Below the pieces are notes generated by a model. That model was not told the DNA's origin. It saw nothing but the letters and a program-made list of their open reading frames with translations, and did not search any database. 64,000 nt of DNA from the NCBI RefSeq assembly GCF_006345805.1, contig NC_043000.1, positions 56,854,001 through 56,918,000 on the forward strand, given 5' to 3'. The stretch comes from Octopus sinensis. Taxonomy: Eukaryota. Below, in pieces: positions 26,160-39,298 of the stretch. The translations under genes and the position numbers were made by a program. Position 1 is the stretch's first letter. Every line of letters begins with the position of its first letter.

Positions 26160-26225
26160 TGAGTGTTCTGTACCATTAAGCTAAGAGACCCTGGGGTCTC
26201 TTAGCTTAACAGTACAGAACACTCA
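26160..26225. repeat. 66-nt near-perfect hairpin
   Basis: TGAGTGTTCTGTAC-CA-TTAAGCTAAGAGACCC [TG] GGGTCTCTTAGCTTAA-CA-GTACAGAACACTCA: 30 of 32 stem positions pair. Confidence 0.9.
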
Positions 26226-26408
26226 ACTGGAATTTGAAAGGTACAGGGCTTGATTTTCTGAAGAGGCTTGCTGATCACTTTTCTTCATCTTCTAGAGGGT
26301 ATTTTGCCTGATTTTTCTTAGCTGTCTTCACAGCCATCCTTTATTCCTTTATTTTCTGTAGAATACCAACTCACTAAGCACTTATGAGCTTGTTTACAAA
26401 ATATGTAT

Positions 26409-26461
<53 letters not shown>

Positions 26462-27782
26462 AGAGTAGTAGAAAATATGGATCCAGAGAATTATGCAGCT
26501 TTCACAGTAAAGCTCCCCCTTCAGTATCGGCTATCACTTTGCAATAGTAATCAATTACTGTGTAGTGTAAAGTAACATATCCATGTAACTGAAAATCCAA
26601 GAAAGCTGAACTATAAATTTTTCTGTGAGGAGATGTAGCCATATTGTTCCAGTCAGAGATAGACTGACAGACAGACAGACAGAGAAGGAAGAAGTAAGGA
26701 CAGGGAGAAAAAAGAACCAAAAATCCAGTGACATGAAGCCAAAAGTGATAAAGATTCCCTCCATCACATCTTCATTTGTAATTGCTAAACCAGACACTTG
26801 TTAGCAGAGGCTCAATGCCAGCACATTTTCGCTACAAGAACTGATACACTGCCAACTGTATCATAATGGTGTTATTAAGTCTGTTGTCGCCCAACAGTCT
26901 ATTGATTCCAATATCAAAAGACAACATTTATATATTATAATGATGATGAGAATTTCACTTGGGTCATTCAAACCATTGCGCTCTCTTTCTCTCTCTTTCT
27001 TTGCTACTTGGCAAAATATAAACATCTTTTAAACATGACCCAATCTATCTTCATAAGAATTCTATCTATTTTTGAATATTATTTCATTTATCAAAAGTAG
27101 ATACCATTCACCCAGTTTTATTAACAACACAAATCCTCTTTTCATGAAGAAGTCCTTGTGAGTGAATTTGGGAGATAGAAATTTTCAAAGCCCATCAGAT
27201 GGATGGATGAATGAATGACTAGATAGATGGACAGATGGACGGACGGACGGACTGACGGATGGATGGATGGATGGATGGACGGACGGACTGATGGATGGAT
27301 GGATCCTTTATCTTTTACTTGTTTCAGTCATTGGACTGCAGACATAGTGAGACACTGCTTCGAGGTGTTTTGTCTCAAAAATCAACCCTAGTACTTATTT
27401 TAATGTCTGTGTGTCGTTGTATCTGTGAATGTCTCCCACACACACTACTTGGCAATGGATATTGGTTTCTTTACATCCACATAACTTAGCAGTGTAGCAA
27501 AAGAGACTGACAGAATAAATACTAGACTTGAAAAATAAATACTGGGTTCCTTCAAGTTGGTGTTCCAGCATGGCCACAGTCTAATGACTGAAACAATTCC
27601 ACCGAGGTCCACTTTGCTTTCCATCCTTTCAGGGTTGATGAAATAAGTACCAGTCATGCACAAGGTCAATGTAATCAACTAGCTTCCTCCCCCAAAAATT
27701 TCAGGCCTAGTGCCTAATAATCCTATAGAAAGAATTATTATTATTATTATTATTATCATCATCATCATCATCGTCGTCGTTG

Positions 27783-27841
<59 letters not shown>

Positions 27842-27845
27842 TTAA

Positions 27846-28075
27846 GGCAGCGAGCTGCCAGAAGCATTAGCACACCAGGCAAAATACTTAGCAGCATTTC
27901 ACCTATCTTTACATTCTGAGTTCAATTGCCGCTGAGGTCGACTTTGCCTTTCATCTTTTCTGAGTCGACAAAATAAGTAGCAGTTGATCACTGGAGTCGA
28001 TGCAATTGACCTGCCCTTGCCCCAAATTTGCTGGCCTTGTGCCAAAATTTGAAACCATTATTATTATTATGATGA
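27846..28075 (+). mobile_element. SINE B
   Basis: Head, B box and core as in other copies, flanked by (ATT)n. Confidence 0.8.
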
Positions 28076-28666
28076 TTATTCATTACATTCCCATTTTCCA
28101 TGCTGGTATGAGTTGTCATGATCCAAGTCAGCTCCTATTTCAAGTTACTACTCTCTTACATGGGTTACAGGAACCATGCCTCACTCCTATTACTATTATT
28201 CTTGTTTTTACAAGTCATGTTTTGTCTCCCTTCATAAATGATAGAAACCTATGTCAATAGTTTGCTTATTTAGTGTCATTTTGGTTCACTTTTGCATTTC
28301 ACTTTATTGTAGAACTGACCACAACCATAAGGGATTGGTCGGATCAATTTGTTTTCTTATCCTACAGGGGGCATTACAATCTGACATCATGTTTGATAAC
28401 TGGCCAACAAGTGGATAGAATGAGAGGCAATATAAAAAGATGAGAGGAGATTGCCACTCATAGTGAAAGCAGCAGCAACAAAAACAACAGTAAAACCAGT
28501 AAAACAGTAAAACCAGTAAAACAAGGACAATGGCAGAAATGTCCAGTACAACAATGACAACAGCAAAGACCAACCACAGAACTCAGGAAAGATGGTTCTG
28601 TTGCCATCATCATCATAATCAAAGGAAACTTTCTCACTTCCAAAAAGTTCACCATTCACCAAAATA

Positions 28667-28713
<47 letters not shown>

Positions 28714-28905
28714 ATATATATTCACATACACGAATACACCTCCACTTTAGGCCTCTCTAACTCCGGGGTCATTATATGAAGTCATTTTTATTAAGATAAA
28801 AAGAAAAACAGAAGCTAAAAAGATACTTCCAAGCTGAAAGATAGAAAGTAACTGAAAGTTCATCAACCAGTAACTGTTCATCAACCTGTAACTGAAAGTT
28901 CAGTA

Positions 28906-29070
28906 GGCACAGAAGTGGCTGTGTGGTAAGTAGCTTGCTTACCAACCACATGGTTCCAGGTTCAGTCCCACTGCGTGGCACCTTGGGCAAGTGTCTTCTA
29001 CTATAGCCTCGGGCTGACCAAGGCCTTGTGAGTGGATTTGGGTGATGGAAACTGAAAGAAGCCCGTCGTA

Positions 29071-29104
<34 letters not shown>

Positions 29105-29310
29105 CATGTGTGTTTGTCCCCCTAGCATTGCTTGACAACCGATGCTGGTGTGTTTATGTCCCCATCACTTAGGCGGTTTGGCAAAAGAGACCGATAGAAT
29201 AAGTACTAGGCTTACAGAGAATAAGTCCCGGGGTCGAAATGCTCGATTAAAGGCAGTGCTCCAGCATGGCCCCAGTCAAATGACTGAAACAAGTAAAAGA
29301 GTAAAGAGTA
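28906..29310 (+). mobile_element. SINE A, full length
   Basis: TGGCTGTGTGG A box, GGTTCAGTCCC B box, CORE-like GGCACCTTGGGCAAGTGTCTTC, central (TA)n/(TG)n and a TGACTGAAACAAGTAAAAGAG tail. Confidence 0.9.
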
Positions 29311-30047
29311 ACCAACCATCGACATCCACCACCATGACAAGAAAAGCACAAAAATTACAAGTCAGAAAAGGAAAAAGAGAAAAAATACATTTTCATCTCC
29401 CTTAAACACACACTTCATTAATTTCACCATTGACATAAAGAGCAAATTGATTTGATCAAAGAGTTATTCCTATGATGTGAGACGATTTCAGAAGGAAAAC
29501 TTCACAAAGGCCTTTCCAGGAACCCTCTCCACCACCAAGAAGACTGAATTATATGTTGCTCTTGAAGACTAACATGGCCATACTCAAAATAGAATATATC
29601 AGCTCGTATCTGCCAACCGACATTGGTAACTAACAACAGAGTAAATCATGTTTACTTCTGATGATCTGGCATTATGGGATAATCATGCAACCATCTTTGT
29701 AATAATTACTGCATAGCATACCAGTATACACTTGTGAAACATGTGAACATTATGTAATTCATGATATAAAAATAAATAAAATAATTGTAGGACAGACAAA
29801 GACAGACAGAGATAATGATCCAAAAAAAAACAAATAAGACTGTATTGGTTTATTTGTTTATTTGCATCATTATCTCCATATCAGCTCAATGGATTCCTCT
29901 CATAGCAACACTTTACTCCACAAACTAAATCCTTGGTAAAGATTTCATAGTGTAAGTTCAAATCATTTGAGTGCTACTAAGTGTTTTCTATACTGAGCAT
30001 TTATGGACCTCATCTGTTGATTATATATATACTATTATATACATTAA

Positions 30048-30264
30048 GGCAGCGATCTGGCAGACATGTTAGCGCGCCGGTCGAAATGCTTAGCGGTATT
30101 TCGTTCTGAGTTCAAATTCTGCCGAGGTTGACTTTGCCTTTCATCCTCTCGGGGTCAATAAATAAAGTACCAGTTTCTCACTGGGTCGGTGTAATCGACT
30201 TAATCCCTTTGTCTGTCCTTGTTTGTCCCCTCTATGTTTAGCCCCTTGTGGGTAGTAAAGAAAT
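30048..30264 (+). mobile_element. SINE B
   Basis: Full-length copy by homology to 32740-32967. Confidence 0.85.
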
Positions 30265-31075
30265 ATATATATATACTAGTTGACTCTATGTCATCAAAAA
30301 TGATGGCTAATTGTTGTATTTTATATATAAATAAGGTACAAAACCAAGTTTTTAGTTTAATAATTCTTTTATTACCAAATTTATAATATACCTTTCAACT
30401 GCAGTAATTTTATATTCTTGATACACTCAGGCAATAATTATTTTCACTAACGAATTTGTATATGTATATGTTTGTGTAGTTGTGTGTGATTGTAATAATT
30501 GTTTTTGATAAAACAGATAGAATATGAATGGTAATTCAAATTAATACAGTTATCAATGTTATCTAGGTGGTTGTATTTTTTGAGATGTGACATCGATCAC
30601 AGTTAATTACTGAAAGAATGCTGTTTAGTTTATGTATAGTTACTGGAAGTACACTGGGTAAAATTTCTAAATATAAATAAATTAAGGACATGTATAAACT
30701 GTTAAATTAAGATGTGTATTCATAATATAACTTTCAACTGCAGCCGTCTTATATTCTTGATACACTAAGGCAATAATTATTTCTCTAATGAGTTTGTATA
30801 TGTATATGTTTGTGTAAGTATGTGTGAATGTGATAATTATTTTTAACAAAACAGATAGAATATGGCTGGTAAATCAAATTAATACACTTGTTAACATTAT
30901 CTAGTGGTTGTCTTTTGAGATGTGATATCGATCATCGTTTGTTACTGAAAGAACACTGGTTCACACATACATTCGCATATTTCCCTTGTACATGCACACA
31001 CATACACTCATACAGAGTTGAAATGCTGTTTGATTTTTCTTTGCAGTTTTGAATGTTCACCATCTCACTTCCATT

Positions 31076-31123
<48 letters not shown>

Positions 31124-31359
31124 TCACATACCTTCTTTTACATACGCACACATATACTCAGTTGAAACACTGTTTGATTTTTTTTCCCCCACAGAATTTC
31201 CATCATCCCACTACCAGTTTGCTATCAGCCCTTCCTTCCTTCCTTAATCATCTATTATCCCTTCCTTTCTCATTCATATGCTGTGATGGAAAAAAGCACA
31301 AGAGTATTATTATAGTAGGTGACACCAGCATCAGCCATGATTACAATTTTACTTGGCTT

Positions 31360-31864
31360 AATGGGTCTTGCCATGCTTGAGAAGACCTGTCAAGCTAAGT
31401 GAAATTGTAGTTGTGGCCAATGCCAGTATCACATAACTGGCACCCATGCTAGTGTCATATAAAAAGCACCATTCAAGCATTGGATCTCATGGAGGCAATG
31501 TGACCAATGCCAGAGTCATGTAACAAGGACCCATGCTGGTGGCACATAAAAAGCACCTTTCAAGTGTTGGGCCTCACAGAGGCAATGACAAATGACAGAA
31601 ACATTTGACATGTCATGCTTGAGAAGAAGACCCATCAAGCCAAGTGAAATCGTAGTTGTGGCAGATACTGGTGTCATGCCAGTGGCATGCAAGAACACCC
31701 ATTACACTTTTGAAGTGGTTGGCATTAGGAAGGGCACCCAGTCATAGAAACCATGCCAAATCAGACTGGAGTCTGGTGCAGCCCCTCAGCTTACCAGCCC
31801 TGGTCAAACCGGCCAACCCATGCTAGCATGGACAACAGACATTAAATGATGATGATGATGATGA
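31360..31864 (+). mobile_element. RTE LINE 3' end with repeated UTR units
   Basis: GCTTGAGAAGACC...AAGTGAAAT occurs twice, followed by GGAAGGGCACCCAG and an (ATG)n tail. Confidence 0.8.
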
Positions 31865-31874
31865 TATACACATA

Positions 31875-32280
31875 GGCGTAGGAGTGGCTGTGTGGTAAGT
31901 AGCTTGCTTACCAACCACAGGGTTCCAGGTTCAGTCCCACTGCATGGCACCTTGAGCTAATGTCTTCTACTATAGCCTTGTGAGTGGATTCGGTAGATGG
32001 AAACTGAAAGAAGCCTGTCGTATATATGTATATATAAATGTGTGTGTGTGTGTGTGTGTGTGTGTTTGTGTGTATGTTTGTGCGTCTGTGTTTGTCACCC
32101 CAACATCGCTTGACAACCGATGCTGGTGTGTTTACGTCCCCGTAACTTAGTGGTTCAGCAAAAGAGACTGATAGAATAAGTACTAGGCTTACAAAGAGTA
32201 AGTCCTGGGGTCGATATGCTCGACTAAAGGCGGTGCTTCAGCATGGCCACAATCAAATGACTGAAACAAGTAAAAGAGTA
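31875..32280 (+). mobile_element. SINE A, full length
   Basis: GGCGTAGGAGTGGCTGTGTGG start and the same architecture as 28906-29310. Confidence 0.9.
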
Positions 32281-32739
32281 TATGTTTGTGACCTGGAGTC
32301 AGCTTGAAAGCAAAATCATTTGCTCAATAACTGAAGGAAACTAAACACTGATGTGGTGGCCTTCACTGAGGACAAGATTTTTTTGCTGCATGTAAGGTTA
32401 CCCACTGTGTCTTAGGGATCATGCAGCAGGGTAGCAGTGTGGATAATCTTCCTGGACCCAAAGAGCAAGTTTAGTAGTGGGTGTAAACAATGATGTGACG
32501 AATATAAGTAGTTTGAAGGTAGTGCCCTCAACAGCAACAACATTCTATAAAAAGACTAGTTTTAGAGAAAAAGCAACAATGTTCTGGGCAGAAACCTGGA
32601 CATTACTGTGAACCAACTGGCTGGTTTGCATTAGAGGACTTTCAGCCTAAGGACTTATGGACAACTACTAAAAATCCCTGGGACCTAACATTGCTACCAA
32701 GCACATTACCATTACAAAATAGATGGGCAAGGAAGTACC

Positions 32740-32967
32740 TATTTCTTTACTACCCACAAGGGGCTAAACACAGAGGGGACAAACAACGACGGACAAATGG
32801 ATTAAGTAGATTATATTGACCCCAGTGCGTAACTGGTACTTATTTAATCGACCCTGAAAGGATGAAAGGCAAAGTCGACCTCGGCGGAATTTGAACTCAG
32901 AACGTAACGGCAGACGAAATACAACTATGCATTTCGCCCGGCGTGCTAACGTTTCTGCCAGCTTGCC
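32740..32967 (-). mobile_element. Young SINE B with perfect 13-bp TSD
   Basis: GCAAGGAAGTACC at 32727-32739 and 32968-32980. CpG dinucleotides are largely retained. Confidence 0.92.
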
Positions 32968-33967
32968 GCAAGGAAGTACCATCAGCTGGGCCCTTCTGTA
33001 GATGTATGGAGAGTGGGGAAACTATTCTGTACACATTCATTATGACCAAGCATTGCTGACTTGTGGAGCTGCATTGAACAGCTGCAATCATCATCATCAT
33101 CATCATTATTATTATTGGTGGTGTTGTTGTTATCATTACATATAAATAATTAGAAATAATTATTGTTGTTGTTGTTGTTGTCATTATATACAAAAAAATG
33201 TTGGAAATCATAATTATTGTCATTAGTGCTTTGTGCCAATGTGAGAAGTAATTATTCATATTATTGCTGCTGGTGTTGTTGTCTTTGCTATCATTATATG
33301 TTAAAAATCATTTTATTTTCAAAATGTAAGAAATCATCATCATTATTATCATTATTTAAATTTTTTTATCAATTTCGCTGTTTTTTTTTTCCTGTATAGT
33401 GGGGATGTGCAGGGGAAGGAATAAAAAGCAATTAAGTAAACTTCGACCAATTGACAGAAGAGTTGTAATTTTTAATTTTCAACACATATTCACTTAAGAA
33501 TGTGGTAAATATTTACTGAGAAATATAGCGAGGAGGAGAAGGAACATAAGGAAGAAGGAGAGAAAGAGAGAGAAAGGGGAAGGGAGGAGAGAAAGATAAA
33601 ATGAGAAAGGTTAAGAATGAATGTAAATGGGAGAAAGATAAAGAGAAGAATGATTATGAGAGAAGGTGAAGAATGATTACGAGAGAGAGAAAGAAAATAA
33701 AAAGTGAAAGAGAAGACAGAGTATTAAAGGAAGAGAATAAAATATTCATTCATTTTTGTTTTAAATTTTGTTAATTTCATAGTCACAGGAATGTAATTAG
33801 AAACTAAACTAAAAACTAGTTGGATCATGGAAAAATAGAAATAAATGTTAATAGAAAAGGAATATGGAAACATGAACCTACCTTCAAAAAAAAAAAAAGA
33901 AAATTAAAATGAAAGAATGTATAAGCTGCTAGTGAAATTGCAGAATTTGTGAAACAAAGGTTAAAAT

Positions 33968-34203
33968 AATAATTGTTTCAAATTCAGACACAAGGCCAGC
34001 AATTTTAAGAAGTAGGGTGAGTTGATTACATCAACCCCAGTACTAGACTGATACTTTTCAATTTTATCAAACTCATCACCCCCACCCCCTCGAAAAAGAT
34101 GAAAGGCAAAGATGACCTTGGTGGGATTTGAACTCAGAACATAGAAAGCTAAAAGAAATATTGTAAAGCATTTTGTCTGGTATGTTAATGATTCTGCCAA
34201 TCA
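33968..34203 (-). mobile_element. SINE B (older)
   Basis: GATGAAAGGCAAAG...TTTGAACTCAG core on the + strand. Confidence 0.75.
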
Positions 34204-35039
34204 AAAATCTTCACTAATGACTATGATGATGAAGAGGAGGAAGATTTCTTTTATTTGGCACAGGATCATTAGATGATGGGGAACATTACAAGGACAGTTT
34301 ACAATTTGTGTGTAGATTTACATAGGAAAAGAAAGGGAGAAATGAGAAATGAGATGAAATATACATAGTATACAAAATATGTGAAAACATCTATGATGCA
34401 GTCCTACTGATACAGGAGAACCTCCAATAAGGGCCAATCAAAGAACCCTATATATCCAAGATCACCCTGATTATTAAGGGCACAAGCCCTCACCCAACTG
34501 ATGTTCTCCAATCTACAGATGCATGCTTGAAGTAGTTCCATTCATTCTAACACTTTTGCCACAGTCACCAACCTTTTAACAACTTCACTAAGAGAAAGCA
34601 CATCTTTCTTTACTCTCATGTTTCTTAAAAAGTTTTCATAACCCTTTTTAAGAACCTATAAAGGGACATTACAATAACAATTTATAAAAAGTGGATCAGT
34701 TTACATTACAAATAAATGAAAAAAGGATAAAATAATAAACACAGAATACAAATGTGTGACTGAATCACCAGAAGAGGACTATCATCTAAGATCAATCACA
34801 AAACTCCACAGATTCAGAGTTACTCTTATCATCAAGGGGTAGTACAATCATCCAACCTTAATTCTCTGGCATAGAAGCACATGCTGAGAGTAGCACATTT
34901 ACTAGGGATACTACTTTCACCTATATTTCAATAAATTTATATGAAAGCAACACCTCAGCTTTTTCTCTCTAAATATTTGACAATGTTAATTCCAATTCAT
35001 ATTGCCATATAAGAATCATATCAATAAAAATGCTTTCTT

Positions 35040-35425
35040 TCATCATTGTGACTTTAATGTCCTGTTTTCCATGTTCACATAGATTGGATAGAATTTGTTG
35101 AGGTGGTTTTTTTTTAATGGCCAGATGACTTTCCTGTCACCAACTCTCACCTATTTCCAAATAAGATATTATTTACCCACAACCAGACTTGTTACACAGA
35201 TGATTAGAAACAAAGGACATAAGTTATATAACATTGGCACTTATTTACAACTATCACATCAAGGAGACAACACACACATATATGTTGAGTTTCATTCAGT
35301 TTCCATCGGCCAAATCCACTCACAAGACTTAGTTGGCCTGAGGCTATAGTAGAGGACACCTGCCCAAGGTACCATGCAGTGGGACTGAACCTGAAACCAT
35401 GTGAAACAAAGATCTTACCACATAT
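35040..35425 (-). mobile_element. SINE A2: family-A head with an RTE-like tail
   Basis: Family-A head and core at 35290-35425 are joined to a different 3' part ending GTTGGTGACAGGAAAGTCATC...CATGGAAAACAGGACATTAAA plus (ATG)n. Related copies lie at ~52915-53320 and ~23000-23210. Confidence 0.7.
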
Positions 35426-37884
35426 CTATGCATGTACCTGCTTTCAAAATACAAATGTGTTACACAAAAGGGTTTACAAAATATGTTGGCAGTTACATAT
35501 ATAATAAACATGAACTGAGGGGGGAAAAAATAGCATATAATATATTAAGAGAGGCTAGAAAATCATCCCACAAAAATAAGGGCAACCTACGCATACAGGA
35601 ATGAGAAACCACCACCTGATTAGAAACAGGATGCCTACAACTCCACCATCTGTTACTCAGAATAACTTCAGCTAATTGGGTTTTCAAAATATGCTTGTCA
35701 GCATCTCTGTCTTTAGCTAGACCACAGTCTCTCATCCTCTCAGTAGTACATATTTAGCTGTTTACAGTTTTCACAGTGTTTAGTGCAATCATTTCCCATC
35801 TCCCCCTCAATCAGCAAACCATCCCTCTTACTCTCCTTCAGCTCATTCTCCAGGCTCATTCTGCATTCCCATCAGGTTCTTGCTACTGATTCATTATTAT
35901 TTATCATTATTATTATTATTATCGATTTTGTTGTTATTGTTTGGTGGTGGGGAGATGGGTGGGAGGAAGAGAAGTAAAAAGTAATTAAATAAACTTCGAC
36001 TGATTGACAGAAGTATTGGAATTTTAATTTTTCAACACATGTACACTTAAAGAATGTGGCAAATATTTATTGAGACAGAAAGAGAGGAAGACAGAATAAA
36101 AATGTGAGATTGAGGGAAAGAGAAAGAGAGAGGGAAACAACAAAAAGGAAACAAAAGAATTCCATTTTTTAAATTTCATTTACTTCATATTTATAGAAAT
36201 ATAATTAGTAACCAAACCAAAAATGAGTCGGAACATGGGAAAACAAGAATAAATGTTTAAAAAATATGAAAACAAGACTTTATGCTTCAAAAAACAAATT
36301 AAAATTAAATATAAAGAAAAAGTTAACAATTAACAAGGTTATATAAACTACTAGTAAATTAGCAGGCTCTGTAATCGACAGGTGCTCTAACATGAGGGCT
36401 TCTAGAATCCTTTTTCTTTTCCCCTTATTTCACTTTTTATTGTTCACAACTAGCCTTTTCTATAATCTATCTTTATTCAATTGCTACAAGGCTATGGAGT
36501 AGAACTGCTACTTGGAGTCTTTAGCTGTCCCTGTGCTAGAGGAAGCAAGCCCTTGGTTTCATGGTACCTTATTTTATTAGCACCTGGTGGGTGCCAGTGA
36601 TACTGAGGACAAAGCAATTTCACTAGCCTTTACTTTTGCTCTGGTTATCCTCAGAGTTGCAACATGTTGTCACATGGAAACAATTCACTTCTGAAGCCTC
36701 TGATGTTGCATCATCTGCTACTGCTTAATGCCACCCTCTTTTCCTGTTTCACTTTTCTACGTCAGGGCAGAAGGCCTTCGAATGGCCCTTTCTCCTACAT
36801 GTTTAGGAAATGGGCCTTTTTCTCTACACCACTAATTGATTTCCTCTCTCTGCTCTCACAATGAGGTATCATTCCAGGATCCTTTATCTTTTATCTTTTA
36901 CTTGTTCCAGTCACTGGATTGTGGCCATGCTGGGGCACTGTTTTGAAGAGTTTTGGTGAATAAATTGACTCCAGTATTTACATTTAAGCTTGGTACTTAC
37001 TCTATCAGTCTCTTTTGCTGAACCACTAGTTTATAGGGACATAAACAAACCAACACCAGTTGCCAAGCAGTAAGAGAAAACAAACGCAAATACAAAGACA
37101 CACACACACATGTATACATATGCAATGGAAATCCATGGTTTCCATCTACCAAATTCACTCACAAGGCATTGGTCAGTCCAAGGTAATAGTAGAAGACACT
37201 TGTTCAGAGTGCCACACATGATTACAAAGTGAGCTTCTTAACCACACAGCCACGATTCTATTCGTAATTCTACTTCAGTGCAGCACCTGTGTTCATTCTT
37301 GTTATTTCAACCAAGATGTCACTCCAATTGCTGTGCCACCACATCAGTTATTGGAAACCTACCACCATTTACTTGACTACTATCTTATTTTATCTACCTC
37401 ACAAGGACGAAAGACAAAACTGGCCTCAGCAGAAATTGAACTTGGAATAAAAAGAGACAGGACAAATGTCACAAGACATTTTAATGGAAATTCTAAGGAT
37501 TCTGCCAATCCGACACTGATTTTACTTTCTAATATAGATGCAGGCATGGTTGTGTGATTAGTAGATTCCCTTCACAACCATATGGTCTTGGGTTCAGTCC
37601 CAGTGTGTGACATCTTGGGCTTCTACTGTAGTCCCAGGTTGACCGATGCCTTGTGAGGTAATTTGGTAAATGAAAATAGTGTGGAAGCCTGTAATATATA
37701 TCTCCAAATGCATATATGTGTGTGATTGTGTTTGTGTTAGTCTTTCATGGGTTACAACCAGCTGTTATGTTTAAACTGGCATTCTATTGGTTAGGACAAT
37801 GAGGGTCCCAGTTGATCTCATCAACAGAACAGCCTGCTCATGAAATTAATGCACAAGTGGCTGAGAATTCCACAGACATGCATA

Positions 37885-38102
37885 CCTTTAGCATTCAGGT
37901 TTCTGTCAAATGTAATCTTTTTTTATTCTCATTGTTTTGAATAAGTCATGCATTACCCTGTAGCTTTGATATTTCAGTGATGTGATTGTTTATTTTTACA
38001 ATAATATTGTAGGGGAAGTGTGAGAGGCCAGATCCGTCTGATTTGAAGATAAAACAGGGAGATTATTTTGGCCAGATTTGGCCAGTTTAAATGCCAAAAG
38101 GG
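37885..38102. mobile_element. TTAA-targeting MITE (family 2) inserted in a SINE
   Basis: Ends ...AAAAGGG|TTAA and interrupts the CTTAA site seen intact in the homologous SINE at 15510-15535. A second copy lies at 49501-49710, flanked by TTAA on both sides. Confidence 0.7.
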
Positions 38103-38705
38103 TTAACATAGTTCTCAAGGAGATTCAGCATGACACAGAATGTGACAAGGCTGGTCCTTTGAATTGCAGGTACAAGTCATTTTTGCCAGATAAGTGGAAT
38201 AGGGTAATGTGAAATAAAATGTTTTGCCCAAGGACACAACACACCCCCAGGAATATAACTCACAACCTTATGATTATGAGCCAAATACTCCTAACCATGA
38301 AGCCGTGTGCCTTCACTAAAGGCAAAGTCAACCTCGCTAGGATTTGAACTTATAGTGTAAGAAGTTGGAAGAAATGCTTCTAAGCATTTTGTCCGACACA
38401 TTAATGATTCTGCCAACTAGAACATTGATGAGCTTACATTCCTGTAAAATACCAATTCAGCCAAAAGAGGCTGAGAGAAGAAGACTCAGACTTTTGAAAT
38501 AAGTATCAACATCCATTTGATCAACTAAGATGTGGCTGTGTGGTAAGAAGCTTGCTTCCCAACCACATGGTTCCAGATTCAGTCCCACTGTGTGGCACCT
38601 TGGACAAGTGTCTTCTACTATAACCTCAGGCTGATCAAAGCTTTTTGAGTGTATTTGGTAGACAGAAACTGAAAGAAGCCCATCGTATATATAAATATAT
38701 ATATC

Positions 38706-39008
38706 ATGTTTGTTCCTTCTCAAGCCCTGCCTGGCTCATAGGGCTGGTTTCCTGATTTCCTTGGCATATAGGTTCCCCACCTGGATGGGACACTGGTCCA
38801 TCGCAGGTGAGCTGCAAGATGCAGGAGGAAAGAGTGAGAGAAAGTTGTGGCAAAAGAGTCAGCAGAAGTTTGCCATTACCTTCTGCCGGAGCCGTGTGGA
38901 GCTTAGGTGTTTCACTCATAAACACACACACATTGTCCGGTCTGAGATTCGAACCCGCAATCTCTCGACCACGAGTCCGCTGCTCTAACCACTAGGCCAT
39001 GTGCCTCC
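38706..39008 (-). mobile_element. SINE C3, full length
   Basis: Minus strand GGAGGCACATGGCCTAGTGG A box, GGTTCGAATCT B box and V-like CCTGCGATGGACCAGTGTCCCATCCAGG. Homologous to 47253-47548. Confidence 0.85.
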
Positions 39009-39066
39009 ACATACATACATACATACATACATACATATGTATGTGTGTATGTGTCTGTCCCTCCAC

Positions 39067-39298
39067 CTATTTCTTTACTACCCACAAGGGGCTAAACACA
39101 GAGGGGACAAACAAGAACAGACAAACGGAATAAATCGATTACATCGACCCCAGTGCGTAACTGGTACTTAATTTATTGACCCCGAAAGGATGAAAGGCAA
39201 AGTCGACCTCGGCGGAATTTGAACTCAGAACGTAACGGCAGACGAAATACGGCTACGCATTTCACCCGGCGTGCTAATGTTTCTACCAGCTCGCCGCC
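39067..39298 (-). mobile_element. Young SINE B with 13-bp TSD
   Basis: TGTCTGTCCCTCC at 39052-39064 and 39299-39311. Confidence 0.9.

Noticed and set aside
31875-31945. tRNA-like A and B boxes (also in all SINE heads)
   Set aside because: There is no full cloverleaf, and each runs directly into a SINE core, so these are SINE promoters rather than tRNA genes.
32330-32700. Possible LINE endonuclease relic (KLNTDVVAFTE; LEDFQPK)
   Set aside because: Only two weak motif echoes across frameshifts; a profile search is needed.
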